Assembly (NCBI GenBank): GCA_943354605.1
Contig: CALRCK010000005.1
Coordinates: 1 to 53,091 of the forward strand
Origin: Candidatus Uhrbacteria bacterium
GTDB taxonomy: Bacteria > Patescibacteriota > Patescibacteriia > UBA9934
Reading direction: 5' to 3'
DNA length: 53,091 bases
Shown here: one piece after another, positions 1 to 7,697 of the stretch
How the letters are laid out: each line of letters starts with the position of its first letter
Numbering within the stretch: the stretch's first letter is position 1
The notes under the pieces: model-generated
What the model was told of the DNA's origin: nothing
Databases searched by the model: none
The model's input: only the letters and a program-made list of their open reading frames with translations
Translations under genes and position numbers: made by a program

Positions 1-2430
1 GGAGACCAGATGGCCGTTCACGTGCCGTTGACCACTGAAGCAAAGAAGGAAGCGGAAGAGCTCATGCTCTCCATCCGTAACTTGCTCAAGCCGTCGTTCG
101 GAGGCCCTGTGGCAACGCCAGGAAAGGATATTGCATGGGCATCTTTCTACCTGACGAGCGTCGACACGGAACCGGATGAAAAGACGTTGAAGACGTTTGT
201 GGACGAGGACGAAGTGTTGTACGCCATGGGCGAAGGAAAGATCACGCCACAAACGTGGATCCGTATTCGTCGCGATGGCAAGATGCTCGTCACCACGCCA
301 GGACGTATTCTCATCAACCAGCAGTTCCCATCGAGCATCGGCTTCCAGAACGAAATTCTTGGAAAGAAGCAGCTCGCAAACATTATTCGCGACACACTCG
401 AGTTCCACGGTCAGGAATTCACTGCAGGAATCTTGGACAACTTGAAGAGTCTTGGATTCAAGTACGCAACGCTCTCCGGATATTCTTGGGCAATGGCAGG
501 TTTGCCAACGCTGAAGGAAAAGCCAGCATTGGTTGCAGAAGGCGACAAGCGCGTGCGTGAAGTTGAAGATTACTTCAGCCAAGGGTTGCTCACCCAGAGC
601 GAGCGTCACACGCAGATCATTAAGATTTGGACCGAAATTAAGGACCGTATCGCAGACATCAGCAAGGACTCGCTTCCACATGAAAGCTCTGCGTACACCA
701 TGATTGAATCTGGTGCCCGTGGTGCATGGGGCCAGCTCACGCAGATGATCGGTATGATCGGTTTGAAGTCGTCACCTTCCGGAGACATTATCGAACTCCC
801 AGTGAAGTCGTCGTTCAAAGAAGGTGTGTCCGTGTTGGAGTTCTTCATCTCGTCGCACGGTACCCGTAAAGGTCTTACCGATACGGCTCTTCGTACGGCA
901 AACGCTGGATACCTCACCCGTCGTTTGGTGGACGTTGCGCAAGACGTGGTGGTTCGCGAAGAAGACTGTGGCGACGACAAGGGCGTGTTGTTGACAAAGG
1001 AAGAGTCCGACGAAATCGGTGAGCCACTCTTGATTCGTATCTTGGGTCGTGTCGCACTTTCCGACATCAAGGTTCCTGGGGAAAAGAAAGCCATCGTGAA
1101 AGCTGGCGATCTCATTACCGAGGTTCATACTCGTGCTATTAAGGCCACCGGAAAGGAATTGCTTGAGGCGCACGTGCGTTCCGTCATGACCTGCCGCGTT
1201 CGCCGCGGTGTCTGTATGAAGTGTTACGGATACGACTTGGCGCACAACAAGATGGTGAAGCCTGGTGTTGCGGTCGGTATTATGGCCGCGCAGTCCATCG
1301 GTGAACCTGGAACACAGCTCACCATGCGTACGTTCCACACTGGAGGTGTGGCAGGAAAAGACATTACGCAAGGTTTGCCACGTGTGGAAGAATTGTTCGA
1401 GGCACGTTTGCCAAAGCGAAAGGCCATCATGACGGAAGTCGCTGGTAAGGTGGAAATCGAAAAGGCAGAGCGTACCGTCGTTCAAGCTGGTACCGGCAAG
1501 AAGATGATGGACACCATGCCTGGTCAGAAGATTGTGAAGGTTCGTCACCTTGCTGTGGACGAGAAGGTCTTCATGCTCGGCCGTGGTGCCAAGATGAAGG
1601 TTGCTGAAGGCGACGCGGTTCGCGAAGGCGATGTGCTCGGCGCAAAGGTGGATGGCGAAAAGATCACATCCGACGTGAAGGGTGTGGTGAAGGCGGTCGG
1701 AAAGACGTCGGTCACCATCGTTCACGAAGGCGAGAAGGTTCGTGAGTACATCATTCCGCAGGGCTACACCATGTACATCAAGGATGGTGATGAAGTCACC
1801 GCTGGAGACGCGCTTACCGATGGTCACTTGGACTTGCAGGCGCTCTTTGCCGCAAAGGGCCGCGATGCTGTGCAGCGCTACCTCTCAAAGGAAATCCAGT
1901 TCATCTACGCGTCGCAAGGTCAGAAGCTCAACAACAAGCATATCGAGGTGATTGTTCGTCAGATGTTCAGCCGCGTTCGCGTGCTCAACCCGAACGACAC
2001 CGACTTGTTGCCAGGCGAAGTCATCGAGCGCGCAACATTGCTCGATGAGCAAGACAACGCCTTTGCAAAGGGCGGTAAGTTGGCCGAATACGAAGACTTG
2101 CTCCTCGGTGTGACGAAAGTCTCGCTTTCTACGGAGAGCTGGCTCTCGAGCGCATCCTTCCAGGAAACGGCTCGCGTGCTTATTGGCGCAGCAGTTACCG
2201 GAAAGATCGACGAACTGCAAGGCCTTAAGGAGAACGTCATTATCGGTCGCCTCATCCCAGCCGGAACCGGCTTCGGACTGGAAGGTTCACCAGAATTGGC
2301 GAACTTCGAAAGTCTCGCAATGGAAACGCCAACGATTACTTCCGAACTCGAAGCAGAAATCGCTGCAACCGGCCCAGCCATGGGTAAGGAGGCAAGTGCA
2401 GAAGAAAAAGCAGAAGCAGCAGGAGAATAG
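1..2430 (+). CDS. rpoC: DNA-directed RNA polymerase subunit beta-prime, C-terminal ~807 codons (5' end cut by window edge)
   Basis: Frame 1 reads GDQMAVHVPL from nt 1 (tail of the catalytic NADFDGDQMAVH motif). Conserved beta-prime blocks follow: GARGAWGQLTQM, SSHGTRKGLTDTALRTANAGYLTRRLVDV, GEPGTQLTMRTFHTGG. Confidence 0.95.
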   Translation, partial: GDQMAVHVPLTTEAKKEAEELMLSIRNLLKPSFGGPVATPGKDIAWASFYLTSVDTEPDEKTLKTFVDEDEVLYAMGEGKITPQTWIRIRRDGKMLVTTPGRILINQQFPSSIGFQNEILGKKQLANIIRDTLEFHGQEFTAGILDNLKSLGFKYATLSGYSWAMAGLPTLKEKPALVAEGDKRVREVEDYFSQGLLTQSERHTQIIKIWTEIKDRIADISKDSLPHESSAYTMIESGARGAWGQLTQMIGMIGLKSSPSGDIIELPVKSSFKEGVSVLEFFISSHGTRKGLTDTALRTANAGYLTRRLVDVAQDVVVREEDCGDDKGVLLTKEESDEIGEPLLIRILGRVALSDIKVPGEKKAIVKAGDLITEVHTRAIKATGKELLEAHVRSVMTCRVRRGVCMKCYGYDLAHNKMVKPGVAVGIMAAQSIGEPGTQLTMRTFHTGGVAGKDITQGLPRVEELFEARLPKRKAIMTEVAGKVEIEKAERTVVQAGTGKKMMDTMPGQKIVKVRHLAVDEKVFMLGRGAKMKVAEGDAVREGDVLGAKVDGEKITSDVKGVVKAVGKTSVTIVHEGEKVREYIIPQGYTMYIKDGDEVTAGDALTDGHLDLQALFAAKGRDAVQRYLSKEIQFIYASQGQKLNNKHIEVIVRQMFSRVRVLNPNDTDLLPGEVIERATLLDEQDNAFAKGGKLAEYEDLLLGVTKVSLSTESWLSSASFQETARVLIGAAVTGKIDELQGLKENVIIGRLIPAGTGFGLEGSPELANFESLAMETPTITSELEAEIAATGPAMGKEASAEEKAEAAGE

Positions 2431-2440
2431 TTCTCCAACA

Positions 2441-2475
2441 AAGACCCGGGGCTCACGCCTCGGGTTTTTGGTTTG
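2441..2475 (+). terminator. Intrinsic terminator after rpoC
   Basis: A 12-bp stem (aagacccgggc / gcctcgggtttt, two G-U pairs) with a tcac loop, running into tttttggttt. Confidence 0.55.
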
Positions 2476-2496
2476 CGTGATAGAATCGATACGATT

Positions 2497-2889
2497 ATGG
2501 ACAAGGAATTTGATCGGTGGAATGAGCAGAAGAAAATGCTCGAGGAAGTTCCTCAAAATATTTTGTTTAAGCAAGGTGAGGTGTGGTGGTGTGCAGTTGG
2601 AACAAATGTTGCAAATGAATCTTGTGGGAAAGGGGAATTTTTTGGGAGACCTGTATTGATCCTTAAAAAGCTTTCACACAATTCATGTATTGGAATCCCG
2701 CTTTCCACAAAAAAGAAAGACGGATCATGGTTTTTAGATGTACGAGTTCAGGGTGAAGGTGTTACGGCCTTGTTGTATCAAATACGAATGTTCAGTACCC
2801 ACCGCTTTCAAAGACGACTGACAACACTGAGCATGGAGGATTTTCGTCGTGTAAAAGAAAAACTCGAGGCATTGCTCGAGCTTTCTTAG
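2497..2889 (+). CDS. PemK/MazF-family type II toxin (mRNA interferase-like), no adjacent antitoxin ORF
   Basis: FKQGEVWWCAVGTNVANESCGKGEFFGRPVLILKK matches the MazF/PemK N-terminal SH3-like barrel signature (G-x-V/I-W...G-x-E-x-x-G-x-RP-x-L-I/V). ATG at 2497 is preferred over TTG at 2473. Confidence 0.6.
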   Translation: MDKEFDRWNEQKKMLEEVPQNILFKQGEVWWCAVGTNVANESCGKGEFFGRPVLILKKLSHNSCIGIPLSTKKKDGSWFLDVRVQGEGVTALLYQIRMFSTHRFQRRLTTLSMEDFRRVKEKLEALLELS

Positions 2890-2979
2890 TAATTATCACC
2901 CCAACAGAAGCTGGGGATCGGTGGGTTGCCCCAAAAGTACTTTTAGAATACACCATAAAGCAACAACGGTCAAAAGAGT

Positions 2980-3447
2980 ATGCGAATTCTCGGCATCGAT
3001 CCTGGTTACGGCAGACTCGGGTATGCGGTTATTGATGTTGTACGGGGAAAGCCGAAGGCGCTTACGTATGGGGTGATTACAACTGAACCGAAGACGTCGA
3101 TGGCTGATAGACTTTTAGAAATCGCCGCTGACGTTCGCGGAATTATTGGGAAGTACACGCCAGAGAGACTCGTCATCGAAGAACTGTTTTTTGCGAAGAG
3201 TACGACGACGGCGTTGAAGGTGGCAGAAGTGCGAGGAGTGATCTTCCTCCTAGGCGCCGAGGCCGGACTCGAAGTAGTCGAAGTGAAGCCAAATGCGGTA
3301 AAGTTGGCGCTGACGGGATACGGGAAGGCGGATAAGCGGCAAATGCAGGATATGGTGAAGGTGATTTTCGACCTCAAGAAGGCGCCAAAGATTGACGACG
3401 CAGCTGATGCATTGGCGATTGCATGGTGCGGCGCGGTGAAGCAATGA
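2980..3447 (+). CDS. ruvC: Crossover junction endodeoxyribonuclease RuvC
   Basis: MRILGIDPGYGRLGYAVID N-terminus (catalytic Asp), a typical 155-aa length, and C-terminal DAADALAIAW. Confidence 0.9.
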   Translation: MRILGIDPGYGRLGYAVIDVVRGKPKALTYGVITTEPKTSMADRLLEIAADVRGIIGKYTPERLVIEELFFAKSTTTALKVAEVRGVIFLLGAEAGLEVVEVKPNAVKLALTGYGKADKRQMQDMVKVIFDLKKAPKIDDAADALAIAWCGAVKQ

Positions 3448-3468
3448 CATGAACATAAGAGATTGTTC

Positions 3469-3548
3469 GTCATTCTGAGCGAAGCGAAGAATCCCTCGCA
3501 GGTTATCGGAATCACCGACGGAGATGCTTCGCCTACGCTCAGCATGAC
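3469..3548. repeat. Pair of inverted 25-26-bp palindromic units (GTCATTCTGAGCGAAGCGAAGAATC ... GATGCTTCGCCTACGCTCAGCATGAC)
   Basis: The arms at 3469-3493 and 3523-3548 are near reverse complements. The element is intergenic between ruvC and cca. It has the same GTCAT...ATC architecture as 44621-44714. Confidence 0.7.
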
Positions 3549-3566
3549 TGAATCTGAAAGAGAACT

Positions 3567-5006
3567 ATGCAAAAGAACATCCCAGAAATCATTACAGCCC
3601 TTTCCGAATCCCTCCGCGATGCTGGTGGACGAGCGCTTTTGGTTGGCGGATGTGTACGCGACATGCTGCTCGACATCGAGCCGAAGGATTTTGATATCGA
3701 GGTGTATGGACTCGAGCCTGAAAAACTCCAATCGATCGCCTCAGAATTCGGCGAAGTGATTGATGTTGGTCGAGCATTCGGGATTTTGAAGCTTCGACCA
3801 CTCTCCCCCCATTTATGGGGGGAGCTGGAGGGGGGCGTTGACCTCGGCATCCCTCGATCCGATTCCAAGATCGCCGACGGTCATAAGGGTTTCGATGTTC
3901 ACGTCGATCCGTTGATGTCTCCAGCTGACGCCGTGCGCCGCCGCGACTTCACCATCAACGCCATCATGATGGATCCGTTGACGGAGGAAATTATTGATCC
4001 GACGAATGGAGTTGGCGACCTCCAGCAGAAGATTTTGCGCGTCGTCGATATCGATCGTTTCGGCGACGATCCGTTGCGTGTTTTGCGCGCGTTGCAGTTC
4101 GCAGCGCGCTTTCATCTTGCCGTCGATTCGGAGTCGATGAATGTCATGAAGGCGACGGTGCCGGGATTGAAAGAGCTTTCGCCGGAGCGGTTGCGCGATG
4201 AATGGCGGAAATTGCTCGTGCTCGCCGAGAAACCGTCGATCGGGCTTCAACTTGGATTCGATCTTGGCGTGTACGACGTGTTGCATCCTGAGCTTCCAAT
4301 TTTGAAGACAACTCCGCAGAATCCAGAATGGCATCCGGAGGGCGATGTGTGGATTCATACGTTGATGGTGGTTGATGAGGCTGCGGCGCTGATTCGTCGC
4401 GAAGGTCTCGATGAAGAATCGAGCTTTACGATTATGCTCGGTGCATTGGTTCACGATCTCGGGAAGGCGCTTTGTACACGAGTGATCGATGGGAAAATCC
4501 GGTCGATTGGGCATGAAGAAGAAGGCGAGGCACCAACGCGGTTGTTTTTGAAAACCGTTGGAGTTTCGTCCACGGTCGTTGAAAAGATTGTTGGTATTGT
4601 GAAGGACCATTTGAAACCCACGAATTACTACTTGCAGGAACACGAGAAGGGAAATCCGATTACTGATGGCGCAATCCGCAAACTCGCAGCGCGAATTGCG
4701 CCAGCGACGATGAACGAGCTGTTGCTTGTTGCGGAGGCCGATTATTTTGGTCGTGGACAATGGCGGCATGGTGAGAAGAGGGAATATCCAGAACGACCAT
4801 GGCTGCTCGATCGTGCAGAGAGATTGAACGTTCTTGCCGGACCAGCGCCGCACGCTATTACCAGTGCAGAGCTCGTTGCGCTCGGCGTTGAGCCGGGGCC
4901 GAAGATGGGGGAGATCATTCGCGAGGCGGATCGACTGAGAGACGACGAGGGGAAGACCAAGGAGGAGATCCAAGAATGGATTGCCAACGAGATTCGGTGG
5001 ATGTAA
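3567..5006 (+). CDS. cca: CCA-adding tRNA nucleotidyltransferase with HD domain
   Basis: LLVGGCVRDMLLDIEPKDFDIEVYG polymerase-beta head motif, RRDFTINAI, and an HD motif (LGALVHDLGK). Confidence 0.88.
   Translation: MQKNIPEIITALSESLRDAGGRALLVGGCVRDMLLDIEPKDFDIEVYGLEPEKLQSIASEFGEVIDVGRAFGILKLRPLSPHLWGELEGGVDLGIPRSDSKIADGHKGFDVHVDPLMSPADAVRRRDFTINAIMMDPLTEEIIDPTNGVGDLQQKILRVVDIDRFGDDPLRVLRALQFAARFHLAVDSESMNVMKATVPGLKELSPERLRDEWRKLLVLAEKPSIGLQLGFDLGVYDVLHPELPILKTTPQNPEWHPEGDVWIHTLMVVDEAAALIRREGLDEESSFTIMLGALVHDLGKALCTRVIDGKIRSIGHEEEGEAPTRLFLKTVGVSSTVVEKIVGIVKDHLKPTNYYLQEHEKGNPITDGAIRKLAARIAPATMNELLLVAEADYFGRGQWRHGEKREYPERPWLLDRAERLNVLAGPAPHAITSAELVALGVEPGPKMGEIIREADRLRDDEGKTKEEIQEWIANEIRWM
3801..3836 (+). 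repeat. Family-A G/C-hairpin mini-element, in frame inside cca
   Basis: ctctcccccc-attta-tggggggag-ctggaggggggc encodes LSPHLWGELEGG, inserted between LKL and VDLGIPR of the head domain. Confidence 0.7.
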
Positions 5007-5017
5007 GAACGGTGTAT

Positions 5018-5929
5018 ATGGCTCCTCGATTTCGCTGTGTGATTCACGGTTCGTTGCGGAAGCATCTTCGCGAAATGGGGGAAGCGATGGAGATTTTTCG
5101 GAGTGCGGGAATTGAAGTGCTCGCTCCGCAGATGAGCGGAATTGTGAAAGAGGAGGATGGTTTTTTGTTTTTTAAAGGCGAGGAACAGTTCGATCCGCGG
5201 CTCATCGAGCTGATGTATTTGCAGAATCTTCGGAATCTTGGGAAGAACGGGTTTAGTTATTTCGTGAATCCTGGCGGGTACATCGGCAAAAGCGCGTCGT
5301 ACGAGTTGGGCATTGCACAGGCGACGAACGTTCCATGTTTCTTCTCATCGAAACCTGTCGATCACCCGGCATATATCGGCGAGAATGCGGTGTGGAATGC
5401 GGCGAGCCTTGCGGAATACATTGTGAAACATGGAAGGCTGCCGGTGATGACATCGGTGGCAGACACAAAGCTTGATCGGCTTTGGAAACAATTGATGATT
5501 CCGGGATCGGTGGTGACGGCGGGAGCAATTATCGAATATGCCAATCCGCGGGGGAGTGAACGCGAAGTGCTTTTAGTAAAGACGCACAAATGGGGACATC
5601 GGTTTTCGATTGTTGGTGGGAAAGTTCGTCGACGAGAACGGGTAAACGATGCACTTCGTCGGGAAGTGAAGGAAGAAACGGGCCTCGACGGCTTGGTCGG
5701 CCGACATATTTGCACCTTCGATCAAATCCGAAACTCCGGCTACTACAACACCAGCACGCAACACCTTTTCGTGGACAATGTTGTCCGCGTGGATTCTCGT
5801 CGAGTGGTGTTAAACGACGAGGCCCAGGATTACATCTGGATGCCGGTAAAACAGGCGCTCGCCGAGCTTCCGATTGAACCGAATGCGAGGCATACGTTGG
5901 AGCTGTATTCGTTCGAACGCCAAAGCTAA
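5018..5929 (+). CDS. Fusion protein: nucleoside 2-deoxyribosyltransferase/DNPH1-like N-domain plus NUDIX hydrolase C-domain
   Basis: The N-domain has GKSASYELGIAQA (NDT-like catalytic Glu context). The C-domain has the Nudix box GGKVRRRERVNDALRREVKEETG. ATG at 5018 follows the cca stop. Confidence 0.6.
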   Translation: MAPRFRCVIHGSLRKHLREMGEAMEIFRSAGIEVLAPQMSGIVKEEDGFLFFKGEEQFDPRLIELMYLQNLRNLGKNGFSYFVNPGGYIGKSASYELGIAQATNVPCFFSSKPVDHPAYIGENAVWNAASLAEYIVKHGRLPVMTSVADTKLDRLWKQLMIPGSVVTAGAIIEYANPRGSEREVLLVKTHKWGHRFSIVGGKVRRRERVNDALRREVKEETGLDGLVGRHICTFDQIRNSGYYNTSTQHLFVDNVVRVDSRRVVLNDEAQDYIWMPVKQALAELPIEPNARHTLELYSFERQS

Positions 5930-6036
5930 GCTTTAACATGCGGTGATGTGGATAATGACGTTGACCGAACAAACGCCGTACGGTAGGATACGAATATCCG
6001 GGCGGAGTTCATCAGGAACTACAACTATCGGGTGGC

Positions 6037-6077
6037 AAAAGAAGCACCACAGCATAAGGCTGTGGTGCTTCTTTTTC
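6037..6077 (+). terminator. Intrinsic terminator after the Nudix fusion gene
   Basis: A 17-bp perfect stem (aaaagaagcaccacagc / gctgtggtgcttctttt) with an ataag loop. Confidence 0.7.
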
Positions 6078-6088
6078 TGGGTGCCCAT

Positions 6089-6161
6089 GGGCTCGTGGGA
6101 GTAATGGTAACTCCGCTCGGGTTGCCACCTAGAGTTACGAGTTCGATTCTCGTCGAGTCCA
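6089..6161 (+). tRNA. tRNA, probably Ala(UGC); an alternative register gives Gly(GCC). No encoded CCA.
   Basis: Cloverleaf: acceptor GGGCTCG/CGAGTCC with G3-U70 and A73 (Ala identity elements), D arm GGAG-TAATGGTAA-CTCC, T arm ACGAG-TTCGATT-CTCGT. In the standard register the anticodon loop GTTGCCA gives UGC but with an unusual C37 and one stem mismatch. Confidence 0.65.
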
Positions 6162-6223
6162 TTCAATGGCACCCACCAACCACAACCGGCCAGCAATGGT
6201 CGGTTGTGTGTTTATAAAACGAA

Positions 6224-6248
6224 GAGCCGCCCGCAGAGCGAGCGGCTC
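6224..6248 (-). terminator. Hairpin terminator downstream of minus-strand gene 6290-6907
   Basis: gagccgc / gcggctc stem, followed on the minus strand by ttcgtttt. Confidence 0.4.
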
Positions 6249-6289
6249 CGTGGGCGGCGAGGTAGGTTGGGAGAAGGGAGGTAGGGGTG

Positions 6290-6907
6290 CTACGTCCCGC
6301 GCAGAAACTTTTCTTCATCCCAGTTTGCGAGTTCGGCTGCGGTGATGCCGAGGCCGTACTTTTCCGTGAAGAAATCGAACGCGATGGGCCCCGGGATCGG
6401 GGTGTATTTGTGGATGCACCCCGTACGGTAGCCGATCACTCGAATCATGCGAGCCTCGCACCAGCGACGATGATACTCGGACCGTTTTTCTTGATATCGA
6501 GCCGTCTGCAGGAGGTCGAGATACCGACTCACGAGGCGATCGTAGTCTTCGCCGACGTAGGGCGGCTCCATGAAGTAGTGGAGGGTGTCTTCGCTGAAGT
6601 CGAGTGGGAACGGAGTCTTCCGCATATGTGCCGGAGCGTACAGGGCGTCTTCCGTGTTGTGCGAGATCGACTCTTCCCACGCCGCGAGTCCGTACTCGAG
6701 CCAACGAACGCACGCCTTGCGCACCCAATCGAGCTTCGGACAGGCGTACCGTACGATGTTGAGCGCATCGTGGAGCGTTCCGCTGTAGTTGCTGCCCGAG
6801 AACGGAATTTCGAACGTCGGGTTTTTCTCGAGAAGCATCGCGACGTGCCGAATCGCCTCGCGAAGACTCTCAGGACGATCAGCAGAGAAGCGTTCGGTCG
6901 GTTTCAT
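6290..6907 (-). CDS. Hypothetical protein (GC-rich islet gene 1)
   Basis: A 205-aa ORF in a stop-poor GC-rich block. It is the only frame with a sensible start and a terminator hairpin. I recognise no domain. Confidence 0.5.
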   Translation of the reverse strand: MKPTERFSADRPESLREAIRHVAMLLEKNPTFEIPFSGSNYSGTLHDALNIVRYACPKLDWVRKACVRWLEYGLAAWEESISHNTEDALYAPAHMRKTPFPLDFSEDTLHYFMEPPYVGEDYDRLVSRYLDLLQTARYQEKRSEYHRRWCEARMIRVIGYRTGCIHKYTPIPGPIAFDFFTEKYGLGITAAELANWDEEKFLRGT

Positions 6908-6998
6908 GTTTTTCTCCCAGTATTCGATCCGCCGAGGGATTCAGCGGTTCGAGGCTGGGCGCGAGGGAGTCTTTCGACTCAACCTCGCGCACGGTGTT

Positions 6999-7589
6999 TC
7001 AGGCGTGCTCTGCGATCCAGGCGGCGAGAATTCGTTGGTTGAAGACGCTGCACCCGTCTTCCCAGGGAGTGCGATTGATGTAGTGTTGGAGGAATTCGCT
7101 GACAGTTCGATGCTCGCAGTTTTGCGTGGGTTTTTCTTTGAGAAGATGAGGGCAGGTCAGGTAGAGCGTGTCGAGAGACAGACGGATCACTTCCTTCCAG
7201 AACCCGGTAAAGGGTAGGTCGTCGATGGCGAACGGAGTTTTCGACGCGGTGAGCAGCTCTTCATGAGCGGCCTTCATTTGGACGTTCAGTCCCGCGGTCT
7301 TGCTCAATTCGTCGAGCGCCTTGAGTGTTTGCTCCTTTCGCCACTGCACATGCACCCACTGTGAGAAGCCTGAGGAGTACATGGTGTCACAGTGCAGGCA
7401 GCCGCTGTCGAGCCAGTCGATGCTGATCGGTTTGATGGTTGCGACGTAGATCTCCTGGACCTTGTCGAACATGTAGTTGATCCGTTCGCGCTTCGTCGAG
7501 TTTTCGTTGATCACGGTGAACTCCTGGTGTTTTTGGTCGGGTGCGTTCGGCGAGATGCCGTTCATCACCTCGACAAAACACTGTATCAT
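6999..7589 (-). CDS. Hypothetical protein (GC-rich islet gene 2)
   Basis: A 196-aa ORF tandem with 6290-6907. It shares a weak KTPF...D..F motif with its neighbour. Confidence 0.5.
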   Translation of the reverse strand: MIQCFVEVMNGISPNAPDQKHQEFTVINENSTKRERINYMFDKVQEIYVATIKPISIDWLDSGCLHCDTMYSSGFSQWVHVQWRKEQTLKALDELSKTAGLNVQMKAAHEELLTASKTPFAIDDLPFTGFWKEVIRLSLDTLYLTCPHLLKEKPTQNCEHRTVSEFLQHYINRTPWEDGCSVFNQRILAAWIAEHA

Positions 7590-7697
7590 AATTTCTCTAA
7601 CTCGTCAATATAAATAGATGTGATATAAAGGCCGTTGGATTTGGTTTATACAGTATAGGCTTGCTATGTTGATCAAAATATTTGACGGGAGAAAAAG

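Noticed and set aside
772-1827. 351-aa minus-strand ORF inside rpoC, and similar antisense ORFs in cca (3813-4973), VanW (42361-43185), sufB (34338-35177) and smc (18707-19336)
   Set aside because: They are antisense to genes with unambiguous conserved motifs and have no independent signals.
3463-3759. 98-aa ORF beginning MFVILSEAKNPSQ
   Set aside because: It is a translation of the palindromic repeat followed by an out-of-frame reading of cca. It is a typical repeat-derived phantom ORF.
6287-7217. Plus-strand ORFs 6287-7042, 6585-6788 and 6789-7217, and other frames in GC-rich blocks (also 11314-11940(+), 11369-12013(-), 21443-22018(-), 21744-22175(+))
   Set aside because: GC-rich DNA is stop-poor in all frames. 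These ORFs are Arg/Ala/Pro-rich and overlap the better-supported minus-strand genes.
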